Shown piece by piece: positions 27,200 to 36,258 of a DNA stretch of 37,805 nucleotides (positions are counted from its first letter, which is position 1; every line of letters starts with the position of its first letter). The translations under genes and the position numbers were made by a program. The notes under the pieces were generated by a model. The model did no database searches. It was not told where the DNA came from and saw only the letters and a program-made list of their open reading frames with translations. Source of the DNA: Candidatus Krumholzibacteriia bacterium (GTDB lineage: Bacteria > Krumholzibacteriota > Krumholzibacteriia > WVZY01); assembly GCA_036478295.1 (NCBI GenBank), contig JAZGDW010000040.1, positions 1 through 37,805 of the forward strand. Reading direction: 5' to 3'.

Positions 27200-28516
27200 T
27201 CAAGGACGGATGTCTGCGGCCAGGGAGGTCGTCCCGTCCGACTCGTCGTAAATGGACATGTCGACGCGGAGCGGCATGGCCTGGTAGAGAATGACCAGGT
27301 TCGCTTCGTCGTCGGTGATGTCCGGCGGCAGCGGTTGACCGAAATACATGATGAATTCGGGCGGTTTGATATGATCCAGGCGAATGGTGTGCCCGAATTC
27401 ATGCATCATTACCTTGAAGAGGAAGTCGGGGTCGTTGAGATCGTTGTCGACCTTGATCTCGGCCAAAATGGGGTGCTTGTCATCGCCGAAGGTGTAGAAC
27501 GTCGTCGCCGTGCCGATTCCCGGCGCCCGGGGACTAACCACGATCCCGGTGTCGGGCCGCTGGGAGACGAAATCGAATAGCGGCTGGCCCGTCCGGTCCA
27601 TCCACCGCTGGGCGCCGTCCCTGGATATTGCTTCATAGTCGAGACCGCTCGTGTTTACGAACTCGAAGTACGTGGGAACGGGCGTCCGTTTCCATTTTGC
27701 GAGGAGGAACGGTGACACGTTGACAAACGTCATTTTCTTGAAAAAGGCCAACAACGTAATCCCCTCCAACGAAGGCGAAATGGTGGCCTGAACCGGTATC
27801 ACTTCGAAGGTGTGAGAGGTGTCTCGTACCATGACAAAAAGCTGGTGCATGCGGTGGTAGTCCGGAGGGGCGGGGTTGTCCGCAATGGTCACGGTCACAC
27901 CGCCCGGAGGCAGGTCATCCACCGCGAACTCACCGCTCGCGTCCGTGGTTACGTTGAAGCCGCCGACCTGTACGGGCAGCCCCGGGATCGGATTTTCGGT
28001 GTACACGTCGACGCAGCGACCCGTGAACGTCGGCCCCGGGATCCTGACCGAGACCAGGTCGCTGCCCGGGGACCGATTACCCACGGCATCGTAGCTCCGT
28101 ATCCCAACCCAAAGATCCTGAAACTGGGTCAGCCCGGAAATCTCCACCTGCTGAGGCGTTCCCGGAGCCCCGGGCACGGGCGGGTTGGACACGGGGATGG
28201 AGAGGTCCCAGAAGGCGGGGGGGAACACGCCCCTGGAGGTCTGCGCATAGCGGATCTCGTAACGGTCCGCCGGTTGATCGGCGGCATCATCATGGGGAGC
28301 CGACCACGAGAAGGTCGCGATGCCAATCGCACGGATGAAATTCACCGCCGGGTCCGTAACTTGTGAAGGTGCAATGGTATCCAGTCTTACGATGGTCGTA
28401 TCGTCATCGCCGCCATTGCCGCCGCCCGGGCCGGTCGGGGCGTCAGAATTGCAGCTGAGGACCACGGCCACACCGAGTGCGGACAGGCGTATTATAAGGG
28501 GATGAAACCGGCGCAT
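27200..28516 (-). CDS. Lipoprotein with FN3-like, carboxypeptidase-regulatory-like and metzincin-like peptidase domains
   Basis: Lipobox VLSC; DTIAPS..FSWSAP..YEIRY..YDAVGNRS (FN3-like); TTDASGEF; HEFGHTIRLDH followed by Met-turn-like IMY. Confidence 0.8.
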   Translation of the reverse strand: MRRFHPLIIRLSALGVAVVLSCNSDAPTGPGGGNGGDDDTTIVRLDTIAPSQVTDPAVNFIRAIGIATFSWSAPHDDAADQPADRYEIRYAQTSRGVFPPAFWDLSIPVSNPPVPGAPGTPQQVEISGLTQFQDLWVGIRSYDAVGNRSPGSDLVSVRIPGPTFTGRCVDVYTENPIPGLPVQVGGFNVTTDASGEFAVDDLPPGGVTVTIADNPAPPDYHRMHQLFVMVRDTSHTFEVIPVQATISPSLEGITLLAFFKKMTFVNVSPFLLAKWKRTPVPTYFEFVNTSGLDYEAISRDGAQRWMDRTGQPLFDFVSQRPDTGIVVSPRAPGIGTATTFYTFGDDKHPILAEIKVDNDLNDPDFLFKVMMHEFGHTIRLDHIKPPEFIMYFGQPLPPDITDDEANLVILYQAMPLRVDMSIYDESDGTTSLAADIRP

Positions 28517-28552
28517 ATTCTACAGGGAGCCTGTGGGGTGGGATCTCATCTA

Positions 28553-28581
28553 ATTATATGATTGAGCTAAACGGTTGACAA
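28553..28581 (-). promoter_or_regulatory. sigma70 promoter of the metzincin-like lipoprotein
   Basis: TTGTCA-17 bp-TATAAT on the minus strand. Confidence 0.7.
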
Positions 28582-28622
28582 GACAAAGTTTTGAGGCGAA
28601 TTGGCCTCAACAGGCCTGCGGC

Positions 28623-28650
28623 TTGACAATTCGGCGGATTGGATTATTGT
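28623..28650 (+). promoter_or_regulatory. sigma70 promoter of trxB
   Basis: TTGACA-16 bp-TATTGT; AAGGAG RBS downstream. Confidence 0.55.
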
Positions 28651-28689
28651 AGCGTATGCATTCCCAAACACTGAAGGAGTTTCGCGGCG

Positions 28690-29634
28690 ATGTCAGATGA
28701 AATCCACAACGTGATCATTTTGGGCTCGGGCCCGGCGGGACTTACCGCTGCCATCTACGCCGCCCGGGCCGACCTCAGCCCATTGGTGCTGGAAGGCGCC
28801 CAGCCGGGAGGCCAGCTGACCATCACCACGGACGTTGAAAACTACCCTGGCTTCGAGCAGGGCGTCATGGGGCCGGACCTGATGGAAATCATGAAGAAGC
28901 AGGCCATGCGCTTCGGGGCGGTGGTCGAGCAGGTCACGGTGGACCGCGCCGAGCTGGGCAAGAACCCCAAGGTGGTGTATGCGGGCGACAAGAAGTACCT
29001 CTGCAACACATTGATTATCTCCACGGGAGCCAGCGCCATGCTATTGGGGCTCGAGAGCGAGCAGCGCCTGATGGGGCGCGGGGTGTCGGCATGCGCGACC
29101 TGCGATGGATTCTTTTTCAAGGAAAAGGTGATCGCCGTTGTGGGTGGGGGTGACACCGCGATGGAGGAGGCCACGTTCCTCACCAAGTTCGGCAGCAAGG
29201 TCCATGTGATCCACCGGCGCGACAAGCTGCGGGCGTCCAAGGCGATGCAGGAGCGGGCGTTCAAGAACCCGAAGATCGAGTTCATATGGGATTCGGTGGT
29301 GACCGAAGTTCTGGGGACCCCGGAGGAAGGCGTGAAGGGAGTTCGGCTCGAGAACAAGAAGACAGGGGAAACGTCCACGCTGGAGTGCCAGGGTTTCTTC
29401 GTTGCCATTGGGCACACGCCGAATACCGAGATCTTCAAGGGCCAACTGGAGATGGATGCGACCGGATACCTCATAACGAAACCCGATTCCACTCACACAA
29501 ATGTGCCCGGCGTTTTCGCGTCGGGTGATACACAGGACAAAGTGTACCGGCAGGCGGTCACTGCTGCGGGGACCGGGTGCATGGCCGCGTTGGATGCCGA
29601 AAAATACCTGGTCGCCGAGGAGCTCGTCGAGTAA
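28690..29634 (+). CDS. trxB: Thioredoxin-disulfide reductase
   Basis: GSGPAG, VENYPGF, CATCDG redox motif, [25 protein letters not shown]. Confidence 0.97.
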   Translation: MSDEIHNVIILGSGPAGLTAAIYAARADLSPLVLEGAQPGGQLTITTDVENYPGFEQGVMGPDLMEIMKKQAMRFGAVVEQVTVDRAELGKNPKVVYAGDKKYLCNTLIISTGASAMLLGLESEQRLMGRGVSACATCDGFFFKEKVIAVVGGGDTAMEEATFLTKFGSKVHVIHRRDKLRASKAMQERAFKNPKIEFIWDSVVTEVLGTPEEGVKGVRLENKKTGETSTLECQGFFVAIGHTPNTEIFKGQLEMDATGYLITKPDSTHTNVPGVFASGDTQDKVYRQAVTAAGTGCMAALDAEKYLVAEELVE

Positions 29635-29807
29635 GCGGGCGCGGCGCGCTGTTGGAACACGCTCGCTGCCGGGCGCCCGTTCGCTGCCACCCGCTTCGAG
29701 CCGTGGGTAGCCGAGCGAAGTGGAGCACGGTACCGGAAGCGATTCACAGGATACAGCCCTCCCTCCGGGCACGACTCTTCGACGATCCAACAACGCGCCG
29801 CGGCCGC
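29635..29807. repeat. 173-nt element bounded by 22-bp imperfect inverted repeats
   Basis: GCGGGCGCGGCGCGCTGTTGGA (29635-29656) vs TCCAACAACGCGCCGCGGCCGC (29786-29807), 20/22 complementary. Confidence 0.65.
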
Positions 29808-29881
29808 GGTAGAATGCGCTACTCAGCCCCCGAGCTCTTTGATATGATGGGGCGGAAAACCACCCCAGAAGGCAAGCGACA

Positions 29882-30292
29882 ATGCTCTATATCACGCGCA
29901 AGATGCATTTCTGTGCGGCTCACCGCCTGTACGATGACTCGCTCTCACCGGAGGAAAACCGTGAGCGGTTCGGTGAATGCGTGAACCTGCACGGCCACAG
30001 CTATGTTCTGGAGGTCACCTTTGCGGGCAACCCCGATGAGAAGACCGGCATGGTCGTCCACCTCTCGGAGCTCGACGCCATCACCAAGGAACGCGTGGTC
30101 AGGCGCCTGGACCACAAGTATCTCAACGAGGACGTAGACGTCTTCAGGAGGGATGTCGTGCCTACGGTGGAGATGCTGGCGAAATACGTGTGGGAAAGGC
30201 TCGAAGGAGCGGTGCCGGGCGCCAGGCTGCACCAGGTCCGTATTCACGAAGACAACCTCTTCTACGCCGACTACTACGGCAAGGAATACTGA
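29882..30292 (+). CDS. queD: 6-carboxytetrahydropterin synthase / PTPS family (Cx3HGH motif)
   Basis: FCAAHRL, CVNLHGHSY, GMVV, LDHKYLN, PTVE. Confidence 0.85.
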   Translation: MLYITRKMHFCAAHRLYDDSLSPEENRERFGECVNLHGHSYVLEVTFAGNPDEKTGMVVHLSELDAITKERVVRRLDHKYLNEDVDVFRRDVVPTVEMLAKYVWERLEGAVPGARLHQVRIHEDNLFYADYYGKEY

Positions 30293-30297
30293 CGCCG

Positions 30298-30732
30298 ATG
30301 GTATACCTGACTTTTGCTTCGAGTTTCAACGCGGTGCACAGGCTGTGGAATCGGGACCTGAGTGAGGAGGAGAACAGAGCGATCTATGCGGAGTGCGCCA
30401 ACCCCGCCGGCCACGGCCATCAGTACAGGCTCGAGGTCACCGTGGCGGCGCCCGTCGGCGGCCGGCGACCCGTCGTCATCGCACGGGGGGCGGTGCAGAG
30501 GCTTGTCGATGAAGTCCTGAAGCCAAAACTTCACCACGCCGATATGAACACGGCGTTCGGTATCGACAATTTCATATCGACCGGCGAAAACGTTACCAAA
30601 CTGATCTGGCGCCTCATTCAGCCTGAAATCAACGAAGGCATCACGCTGGTCAGTGTAAGAGTTATCGAAACACACAAGAACAGTTTTACCTACCGCGGCG
30701 GGTCCGAGGAACCCGCGCTTCCGTCTGCGTGA
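30298..30732 (+). CDS. 6-pyruvoyltetrahydropterin synthase family (Cx5HGH motif)
   Basis: FNAVHRL, CANPAGHGHQY, STGEN, ETHKN; AAGGA RBS. Confidence 0.85.
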   Translation: MVYLTFASSFNAVHRLWNRDLSEEENRAIYAECANPAGHGHQYRLEVTVAAPVGGRRPVVIARGAVQRLVDEVLKPKLHHADMNTAFGIDNFISTGENVTKLIWRLIQPEINEGITLVSVRVIETHKNSFTYRGGSEEPALPSA

Positions 30733-30792
30733 AGGCCGTCAAGTGCCGTATGAGACCGCACGACGGTACCGGAGGCTTTGCAAGGAGAACTT

Positions 30793-31383
30793 ATGAGCGC
30801 TGTGAATCCGAAACATGACAAGATCGCGGAGTTCGTACGGGGGATTCTGGCCGAGATCGACGAGGACCCGAACCGGGAGGGACTCCTGCAGACCCCGAGC
30901 CGCGTGGGCGAGGCACTGGCGTATTTTACGCAGGGATACCACATCAACATCGACGAGATAATCTCCGACGCCGTGTTCAACGAAGAGCAGGAAGAGATGG
31001 TGGTGCTCAAGAACATCGATTTCTACAGCCTCTGCGAGCATCATCTCGTGCCGTTCTTCGGCAAGTGCCACATCGCGTATCTTCCGAGGAACCGCATCGT
31101 CGGACTGAGCAAACTGGCGCGCACGGTGGACGTGTTTGCCAGAAGGCTCCAGGTCCAGGAACGGATGACGCGCGAAATAGCCCATGCCATCGAGCGCAAT
31201 CTGCGACCACACGGGGTGGCCGTCGTCATCGAGGCCCAACACCTGTGCATGATGATGCGCGGCGTAGAAAAGCAAAATTCATTGGCGATGACCAGTACCA
31301 TGCTCGGCATGTTCAAGGAAGACGCCGCCGCGCGCATGGAGTATTTCAGCCTTTTGGGAAATCCGGGCAGAGGTTTTCGTTAA
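30793..31383 (+). CDS. folE: GTP cyclohydrolase I
   Basis: [55 protein letters not shown]. Confidence 0.97.
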   Translation: MSAVNPKHDKIAEFVRGILAEIDEDPNREGLLQTPSRVGEALAYFTQGYHINIDEIISDAVFNEEQEEMVVLKNIDFYSLCEHHLVPFFGKCHIAYLPRNRIVGLSKLARTVDVFARRLQVQERMTREIAHAIERNLRPHGVAVVIEAQHLCMMMRGVEKQNSLAMTSTMLGMFKEDAAARMEYFSLLGNPGRGFR

Positions 31384-31484
31384 CAACCGGTGGTTCGCGC
31401 CGTGGGTCGGCCTCTCGCCCAGGACGTTCGCGCTGCAGCCCATCCATTGATTGATACCGGCGATAGCGCCGCGGGACAACAAGC

Positions 31485-32642
31485 ATGGACACCATCTACA
31501 TGGATTACAATGCGACGACTCCCATTCGGGACGAAGTATTCGACATGATGCTTCGCGTTTCCAGGGAGTGCTTCGGCAACCCGAGCAGCGCCCATTTGCC
31601 GGGCAGGATGTCGAAGGCGTGTCTGGAAGACGCGCGGCGCAAGGTAGCGGCGAGTCTGGGGGCGGACGCCAGCGAGATTGTGTTTACCCACGGTGGCTCG
31701 GAGAGCGTCAACCTGGCGGTCAAGGGAATCGCGGCCGGGCGCACGTCGGGCCACATCATCACGACCTGCATCGAGCATGCCGCCGTGCGTAAGAGCTGCG
31801 AATACCTGGAGAGCTGCGGCTTCGAAGTCTCGTGTCTGCCCGTCGACGGAGCGGGCTGCGCGGACCCCGAGGTCATCCGGGGCGCCATCCGCGACGATAC
31901 ATTTCTCATCACCGTCATGTGGGCGAATAACGAAGCCGGACAGATCCAGCCGGTGGCGGAGATCGCCCAAATTGCGAGAGACCACAAGGTGGTGTTCCAT
32001 ACGGACGCCGTCCAGGCATTCGGCAAGATTCCCGTCGACGTGAGGAAGACACCGGTGGACCTGCTGTCCGTGTCAGGGCACAAGTTCTACGCGCCTAAGG
32101 GAGTCGGGGCGCTCTACATCCGCAATGGTATCGGGCTCTCGCCGGAGGTGCACGGCGGCGGCCAGGAAATGGGTCTGCGCAGTGGCACCGAGAACGTTGC
32201 CGCGGCGGCGGCACTCGGCGAAGCGTGTCGCCTCGCTGTCCGTGACCTCGATGAGATCGCCACGCGCCTGTCCGCACTAAGGGATACATTGGAGAACGGG
32301 ATCCTGGAGCGCGTGCCGGATACGCTGGTCACCGGTGACCCGGATCGTCGCGTCCCCAACACGACGAATATCTCGTTTCGGGGTATCGAGGCGTCGCGCT
32401 TGATCCAGCGGCTCGACGAATCGGGTATCGCGGTCTCCGGTGCATCGGCGTGCGCGTCGGCTACCGCAGATCCGTCGCCAGTTCTCATGAAGGGAATGGG
32501 GCTGAGCCGGAAGCAGGCCATCGGCGCGGCGCGCTTCAGTCTCGGCCGGCATTCAGAAGAGTCTCACGTCGAGCGGGTGCTCGAAATTCTGCCCAGCATC
32601 GTGGCGGACCTTCGCCACGGTGCGTCCGGGGGTGCGGCATGA
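31485..32642 (+). CDS. iscS: Group I cysteine desulfurase (IscS/NifS family)
   Basis: DYNATTP, GNPSS, EHAAV, DAVQ, SGHK (PLP Lys), RSGTEN, SGASAC (catalytic Cys), RFSLG. Confidence 0.92.
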   Translation: MDTIYMDYNATTPIRDEVFDMMLRVSRECFGNPSSAHLPGRMSKACLEDARRKVAASLGADASEIVFTHGGSESVNLAVKGIAAGRTSGHIITTCIEHAAVRKSCEYLESCGFEVSCLPVDGAGCADPEVIRGAIRDDTFLITVMWANNEAGQIQPVAEIAQIARDHKVVFHTDAVQAFGKIPVDVRKTPVDLLSVSGHKFYAPKGVGALYIRNGIGLSPEVHGGGQEMGLRSGTENVAAAAALGEACRLAVRDLDEIATRLSALRDTLENGILERVPDTLVTGDPDRRVPNTTNISFRGIEASRLIQRLDESGIAVSGASACASATADPSPVLMKGMGLSRKQAIGAARFSLGRHSEESHVERVLEILPSIVADLRHGASGGAA

Positions 32643-32947
32643 TTGCAATATTCAGCGTGGTTCCGCTGGGAAAAGAAGCACTCAGCGAGGATGTCTCCAG
32701 GGTTATCGATATCATCGATCGCAGCGGGATGGAGTACCGGCTGACCGCCATGGGCACGGTAGTGGAAGGCGAACCCGAAGAGGTATGGAGTTTGATCCGC
32801 CGCTGCCACGAGAAGATGCGGGAATTCTCGCGACGCGTTCACACACAGATTACCATCGATGATCGCGAGGGCGCCACGGACACGATTCGAACCAAGATAG
32901 AAGACGTCGAGCGGCACCTGTCCCGAAAGCTCAAGACGCGACCCTAA
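32639..32947 (+). CDS. MTH1187/YkoF-like (thiamine-binding family) protein
   Basis: FSVVPLG, LTAMGTVVEG, RVHTQITIDDR; ATGA overlap with the desulfurase gene. Confidence 0.88.
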   Translation: MIAIFSVVPLGKEALSEDVSRVIDIIDRSGMEYRLTAMGTVVEGEPEEVWSLIRRCHEKMREFSRRVHTQITIDDREGATDTIRTKIEDVERHLSRKLKTRP

Positions 32948-32985
32948 ACGTAGAGTAAAAACGTTTAACCAGGAAAGGACGATGC

Positions 32986-33540
32986 ATGTCGATCAAACCC
33001 GACAAGTGGATCATGCGAATGGTCAAAGAGCACAACATGATCGAACCCTTCGTGTCGGAACAGATGAAGGACACCAAGGTGTCCTACGGTGTTTCTTCGT
33101 ACGGGTACGACATCCGAATTTCGGACGAGTTCAAGATTTTCACCAATATCAACACCACGGTTGTGGACCCGAAGCGATTCGACCCGAAGGCGTTCGTCGA
33201 TTACAAGGGAGACGTCTGCATCATCCCGCCTAACTCGTTCGCCCTCGGCCGGAGCGTCGAGTATTTCCGGGTGCCCAGGAACGTCATGACCATTTGCGTG
33301 GGAAAATCCACCTACGCCCGCTGCGGGATCATCACCAATGTGACCCCCTTCGAGCCCGAGTGGGAGGGGTTCATCACCCTGGAAATTTCGAACACCACAC
33401 CGCTGCCCGCGAAGATCTACGGCAATGAGGGAATCGCGCAAGTGCTGTTCTTTGAAAGCGATGAAGAGTGTTTGACCTCGTACGCGGACCGCAAAGGCAA
33501 GTACCAGGCGCAGAAGGGCATCACCCTGCCCAAGGTCTAG
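32986..33540 (+). CDS. dcd: dCTP deaminase
   Basis: [52 protein letters not shown]. Confidence 0.97.
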   Translation: MSIKPDKWIMRMVKEHNMIEPFVSEQMKDTKVSYGVSSYGYDIRISDEFKIFTNINTTVVDPKRFDPKAFVDYKGDVCIIPPNSFALGRSVEYFRVPRNVMTICVGKSTYARCGIITNVTPFEPEWEGFITLEISNTTPLPAKIYGNEGIAQVLFFESDEECLTSYADRKGKYQAQKGITLPKV

Positions 33541-33610
33541 GTGACGGGTCGGGTCCCGGCTCGGGTGTGGAATATGGCCCTCAGAGCCGAAATGAGGCGA
33601 AAATCGCGTA

Positions 33611-33694
33611 AATTTTTCTTTGACAAGACTGGGGAATTCGGGTAATTGATACGGTATTCGGTATCTATTCAAGTTTTCATCCCAGAACAGGAGG
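33611..33694 (+). promoter_or_regulatory. Probable promoter region and strong RBS of the histone gene
   Basis: AT-rich tract then perfect TTGACA (33620-33625); -10 not clear-cut; AGGAGG at 33689-33694. Confidence 0.5.
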
Positions 33695-33701
33695 ATACTA
33701 G

Positions 33702-33890
33702 ATGGCAAAGGCAAGAAAAACGGGTGACCTGATCATTTCCAAGACCAGGACCAAGGCCGCCTCGAAGAAGTGCAACGTTTCAGGGGATTTCTACGGCGCG
33801 TTGGATCTGAAGGTTCGTGAAATGATCAAGAGTGCCGAAACAAGGGCGATTGCGAACAAGAGGAAGACCCTCAAGCCGGCCGACCTCTAG
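33702..33890 (+). CDS. Prokaryotic histone-fold protein (short, face-to-face/DUF1931-like class)
   Basis: 62 aa with 16 K/R vs 6 D/E; LIISK helix 1, NVSGDF loop 1, long helix 2, RAxANKRKTLKPADL with the RxTxxxxD clamp; strong RBS. Confidence 0.88.
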   Translation: MAKARKTGDLIISKTRTKAASKKCNVSGDFYGALDLKVREMIKSAETRAIANKRKTLKPADL

Positions 33891-33937
33891 ACCGGAGTCA
33901 ATTGACCGGCTTCTTAGTGAACCGGCCCACAGGAACA

Positions 33938-33980
33938 CCAAGGGTTCGGGCACGCGTGCTCGGACCTTTGGTCTTTCTCT
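33938..33980 (+). terminator. Intrinsic terminator after the histone gene
   Basis: CCAAGGGTTCGGGCA...TGCTCGGACCTTTGG about 15-bp stem with G.U pairs on the plus strand, followed by TCTTTCTCT. Confidence 0.7.
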
Positions 33981-33983
33981 CGC

Positions 33984-34637
33984 CTAGAACTCGAGGCGTA
34001 CCTCGACTCCCTCGATGTCGCGCATCGCCTGCACAACCCGGCCGTGCTTGTCGTCGGACGCCACGTATTCCACATCGACCACGATTTTCGTGTCCCCACG
34101 CCTCAATTCGAGGTTCTCCGGATTGATCCGGTAGGTGGCAAAGACTTTCTTGGCCGGTTTCATGGCGTTCGCCTCGATGGGAAACCGGAACTGCAGGATG
34201 TGGCGCCGCATCCGCACCGCCACCCGCTGCTCGATACTGCTGAGGAGGGTCAGGGTCAAGATGATCAGGATAGTAGAAGCCGACGCCAGCAGGTAGTCAC
34301 CCCAACCGATGACGAGCCCAATCGCGGCCACGAACCACAGGGTGGCCGCGCTGGTCAGGCCGATCACCGAAAAGCGCGACTGGATGATCATGCCCGCGCC
34401 GAGAAAACCGATACCGGTCATGACCTGCGATGCCATGCGCGAGGGGTCACCCATCCCCGCCCCCTGTCTGAAGACCTCGATGGACAAGATCATCAGTACG
34501 CAAGTACCCATGCACATCAGCATGTTCGTGCGCATTCCGGCGGGCTTGCCCTTGATCTCGCGCTCGATACCGATTAGCCCGCCGACAATGAGGGCGAAAA
34601 CCATCCGCATGACGTAGTGTGCAAAATCATTATCCAC
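33984..34637 (-). CDS. MgtC/SapB family membrane protein
   Basis: [41 protein letters not shown]. Confidence 0.93.
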   Translation of the reverse strand: MDNDFAHYVMRMVFALIVGGLIGIEREIKGKPAGMRTNMLMCMGTCVLMILSIEVFRQGAGMGDPSRMASQVMTGIGFLGAGMIIQSRFSVIGLTSAATLWFVAAIGLVIGWGDYLLASASTILIILTLTLLSSIEQRVAVRMRRHILQFRFPIEANAMKPAKKVFATYRINPENLELRRGDTKIVVDVEYVASDDKHGRVVQAMRDIEGVEVRLEF

Positions 34638-34792
34638 GGGGCCGATATTCCGGTCTGCCCCAACGGTTTGTCAAGGGAATGTCTCTCCGGCGGCGCGGCG
34701 CTCCTGCCCACATCTCACCTTGCCAAACCAGCCTGTTCGGTGCTAAATTATATCAATTCACCCAAAAAGCGGAATACCATTCAGGGGGGCAT

Positions 34793-36250
34793 GTGGAGAA
34801 AATTATCGGCAATGGGATTACTTTCGACGATGTTTTGCTGGTGCCCGCAAGGTCGTCGGTCCAGCCGTCCGAGGTGAGCACGGTGACACGTCTCACCAAG
34901 AAGATTCAGCTGAACCTTCCCATCGTTTCGGCGGCGATGGACACGGTCACCGAGGCGAACCTGGCCATCGCCCTGGCGCGCGAAGGTGGTATCGGATTTA
35001 TTCACAAGAATTTGAGCCCGATCGCGCAGGCAGGACAGGTGGACCGCGTCAAGCGCAGCGAGAGCGGCGTGATCCACAATCCGATCACCCTCGAGCCGGA
35101 TCAATCGGTAAAAGAAGCACTGGCCATGATGAAGAAATACCACATCTCCGGTGTGCCGATTACCGACAAGGGCAAGCTGGTGGGTATGCTTACCGGCCGA
35201 GACCTTCGTTTTATCGACGACGATTCCGCTCCCATCCGCGACTTCATGACGAAAGAAAACCTGGTGACCGCCCCTGAAGGCGTGACCATGGAGGAGGCCA
35301 AGCGGATCTTGCACGAGCACCGTATCGAGAAGTTGCCGGTCGTGGACTCCAAGAAACGGGTCAAGGGGCTCATTACGTTCAAGGACATCAAGAAGAAGAT
35401 GGATTTTCCCCTCGCCAGCACGGATCAAAAGGGCCGGTTGCGGGTTGGCGCGGCGATCGGGGTTGGCGCCGACGCCTTGACACGGGCCGACCTGTTGGTG
35501 GAGAGCCACGTGGACGTCGTGGTCATCGATACGGCCCATGGCCACACGCAAAACGTTCTCGACGCCCTGGTGACGCTCAAGACCCGGCACCGCAAGCTTC
35601 AGGTGATTGCGGGGAATATCGCCACCGCTCGGGCCGCGACGGATCTCATCAAACAAGGGGCCGACGGGCTGAAGGTAGGTATGGGACCGGGTGCCATCTG
35701 CACGACCCGGGTGGTCGCCGGTATCGGAGTGCCCCAGATCACGGCGATCATGGAGTGCGCGCGGGTGGCGTCGAAAGTCGGCATTCCGATCATCGCCGAC
35801 GGCGGCATCAAGTACAGCGGCGACATCGTCAAGGCCATCGCCGCCGGGGCCGACTCTGTGATGATTGGGAGTCTCTTCGCCGGTACCGAGGAGAGTCCGG
35901 GCCAGATAGAGCTTTTCGAGGGGCGGGCCTTCAAGATTTACCGGGGAATGGGTTCGATCGAAGCCATGAAGGGCGGCAGCGGGGATCGCTACCTGCAGGA
36001 AGGCGTGGAAGAGTCGAAGCTGGTGGCGGAAGGCATCGAGGGCCGCGTTCCCTTCAAGGGCAAGCTCACCGACTCGGTGTTCCAGCTGGTCGGCGGCCTC
36101 CGGTCTGGCATGGGTTACTGTGGTGTGGAGACCATCGACGACCTCAAGAAAAAGGGACGCTTTATCCAGGTCTCAGCCGCCTCGCTCAGGGAAAGCCACC
36201 CCCACGACGTCATGGTGACAAAAGAAGCGCCCAACTACCGGATCAGCTAG
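34793..36250 (+). CDS. guaB: IMP dehydrogenase with CBS pair
   Basis: [54 protein letters not shown] start after AGGGGGG. Confidence 0.98.
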   Translation: MEKIIGNGITFDDVLLVPARSSVQPSEVSTVTRLTKKIQLNLPIVSAAMDTVTEANLAIALAREGGIGFIHKNLSPIAQAGQVDRVKRSESGVIHNPITLEPDQSVKEALAMMKKYHISGVPITDKGKLVGMLTGRDLRFIDDDSAPIRDFMTKENLVTAPEGVTMEEAKRILHEHRIEKLPVVDSKKRVKGLITFKDIKKKMDFPLASTDQKGRLRVGAAIGVGADALTRADLLVESHVDVVVIDTAHGHTQNVLDALVTLKTRHRKLQVIAGNIATARAATDLIKQGADGLKVGMGPGAICTTRVVAGIGVPQITAIMECARVASKVGIPIIADGGIKYSGDIVKAIAAGADSVMIGSLFAGTEESPGQIELFEGRAFKIYRGMGSIEAMKGGSGDRYLQEGVEESKLVAEGIEGRVPFKGKLTDSVFQLVGGLRSGMGYCGVETIDDLKKKGRFIQVSAASLRESHPHDVMVTKEAPNYRIS

Positions 36251-36258
36251 GAATACGA

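Noticed and set aside
26516..27580. 354-aa plus-strand ORF spanning the intergenic region
   Set aside because: Overlaps two minus-strand genes; low-complexity Arg/Pro/Ser translation; no motifs
30280..30300. Programmed frameshift or readthrough fusing the two PTPS genes
   Set aside because: No slippery heptamer, the frames differ, and gene 2 has its own AAGGA RBS and ATG
29882..33540. 7-deazaguanine DNA-modification (dpd) or phage-like nucleotide-modification cluster
   Set aside because: No dpdA/tgt-like, queC or queE gene and no mobile-element context in the window
35755..36258. N-terminal extension of the esterase ORF overlapping guaB
   Set aside because: Alternative-frame read-through of guaB; the plausible start is ATG 36259. 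The same applies to upstream extensions of the ORFs at 1434, 7426, 30190, 32450 and 34619
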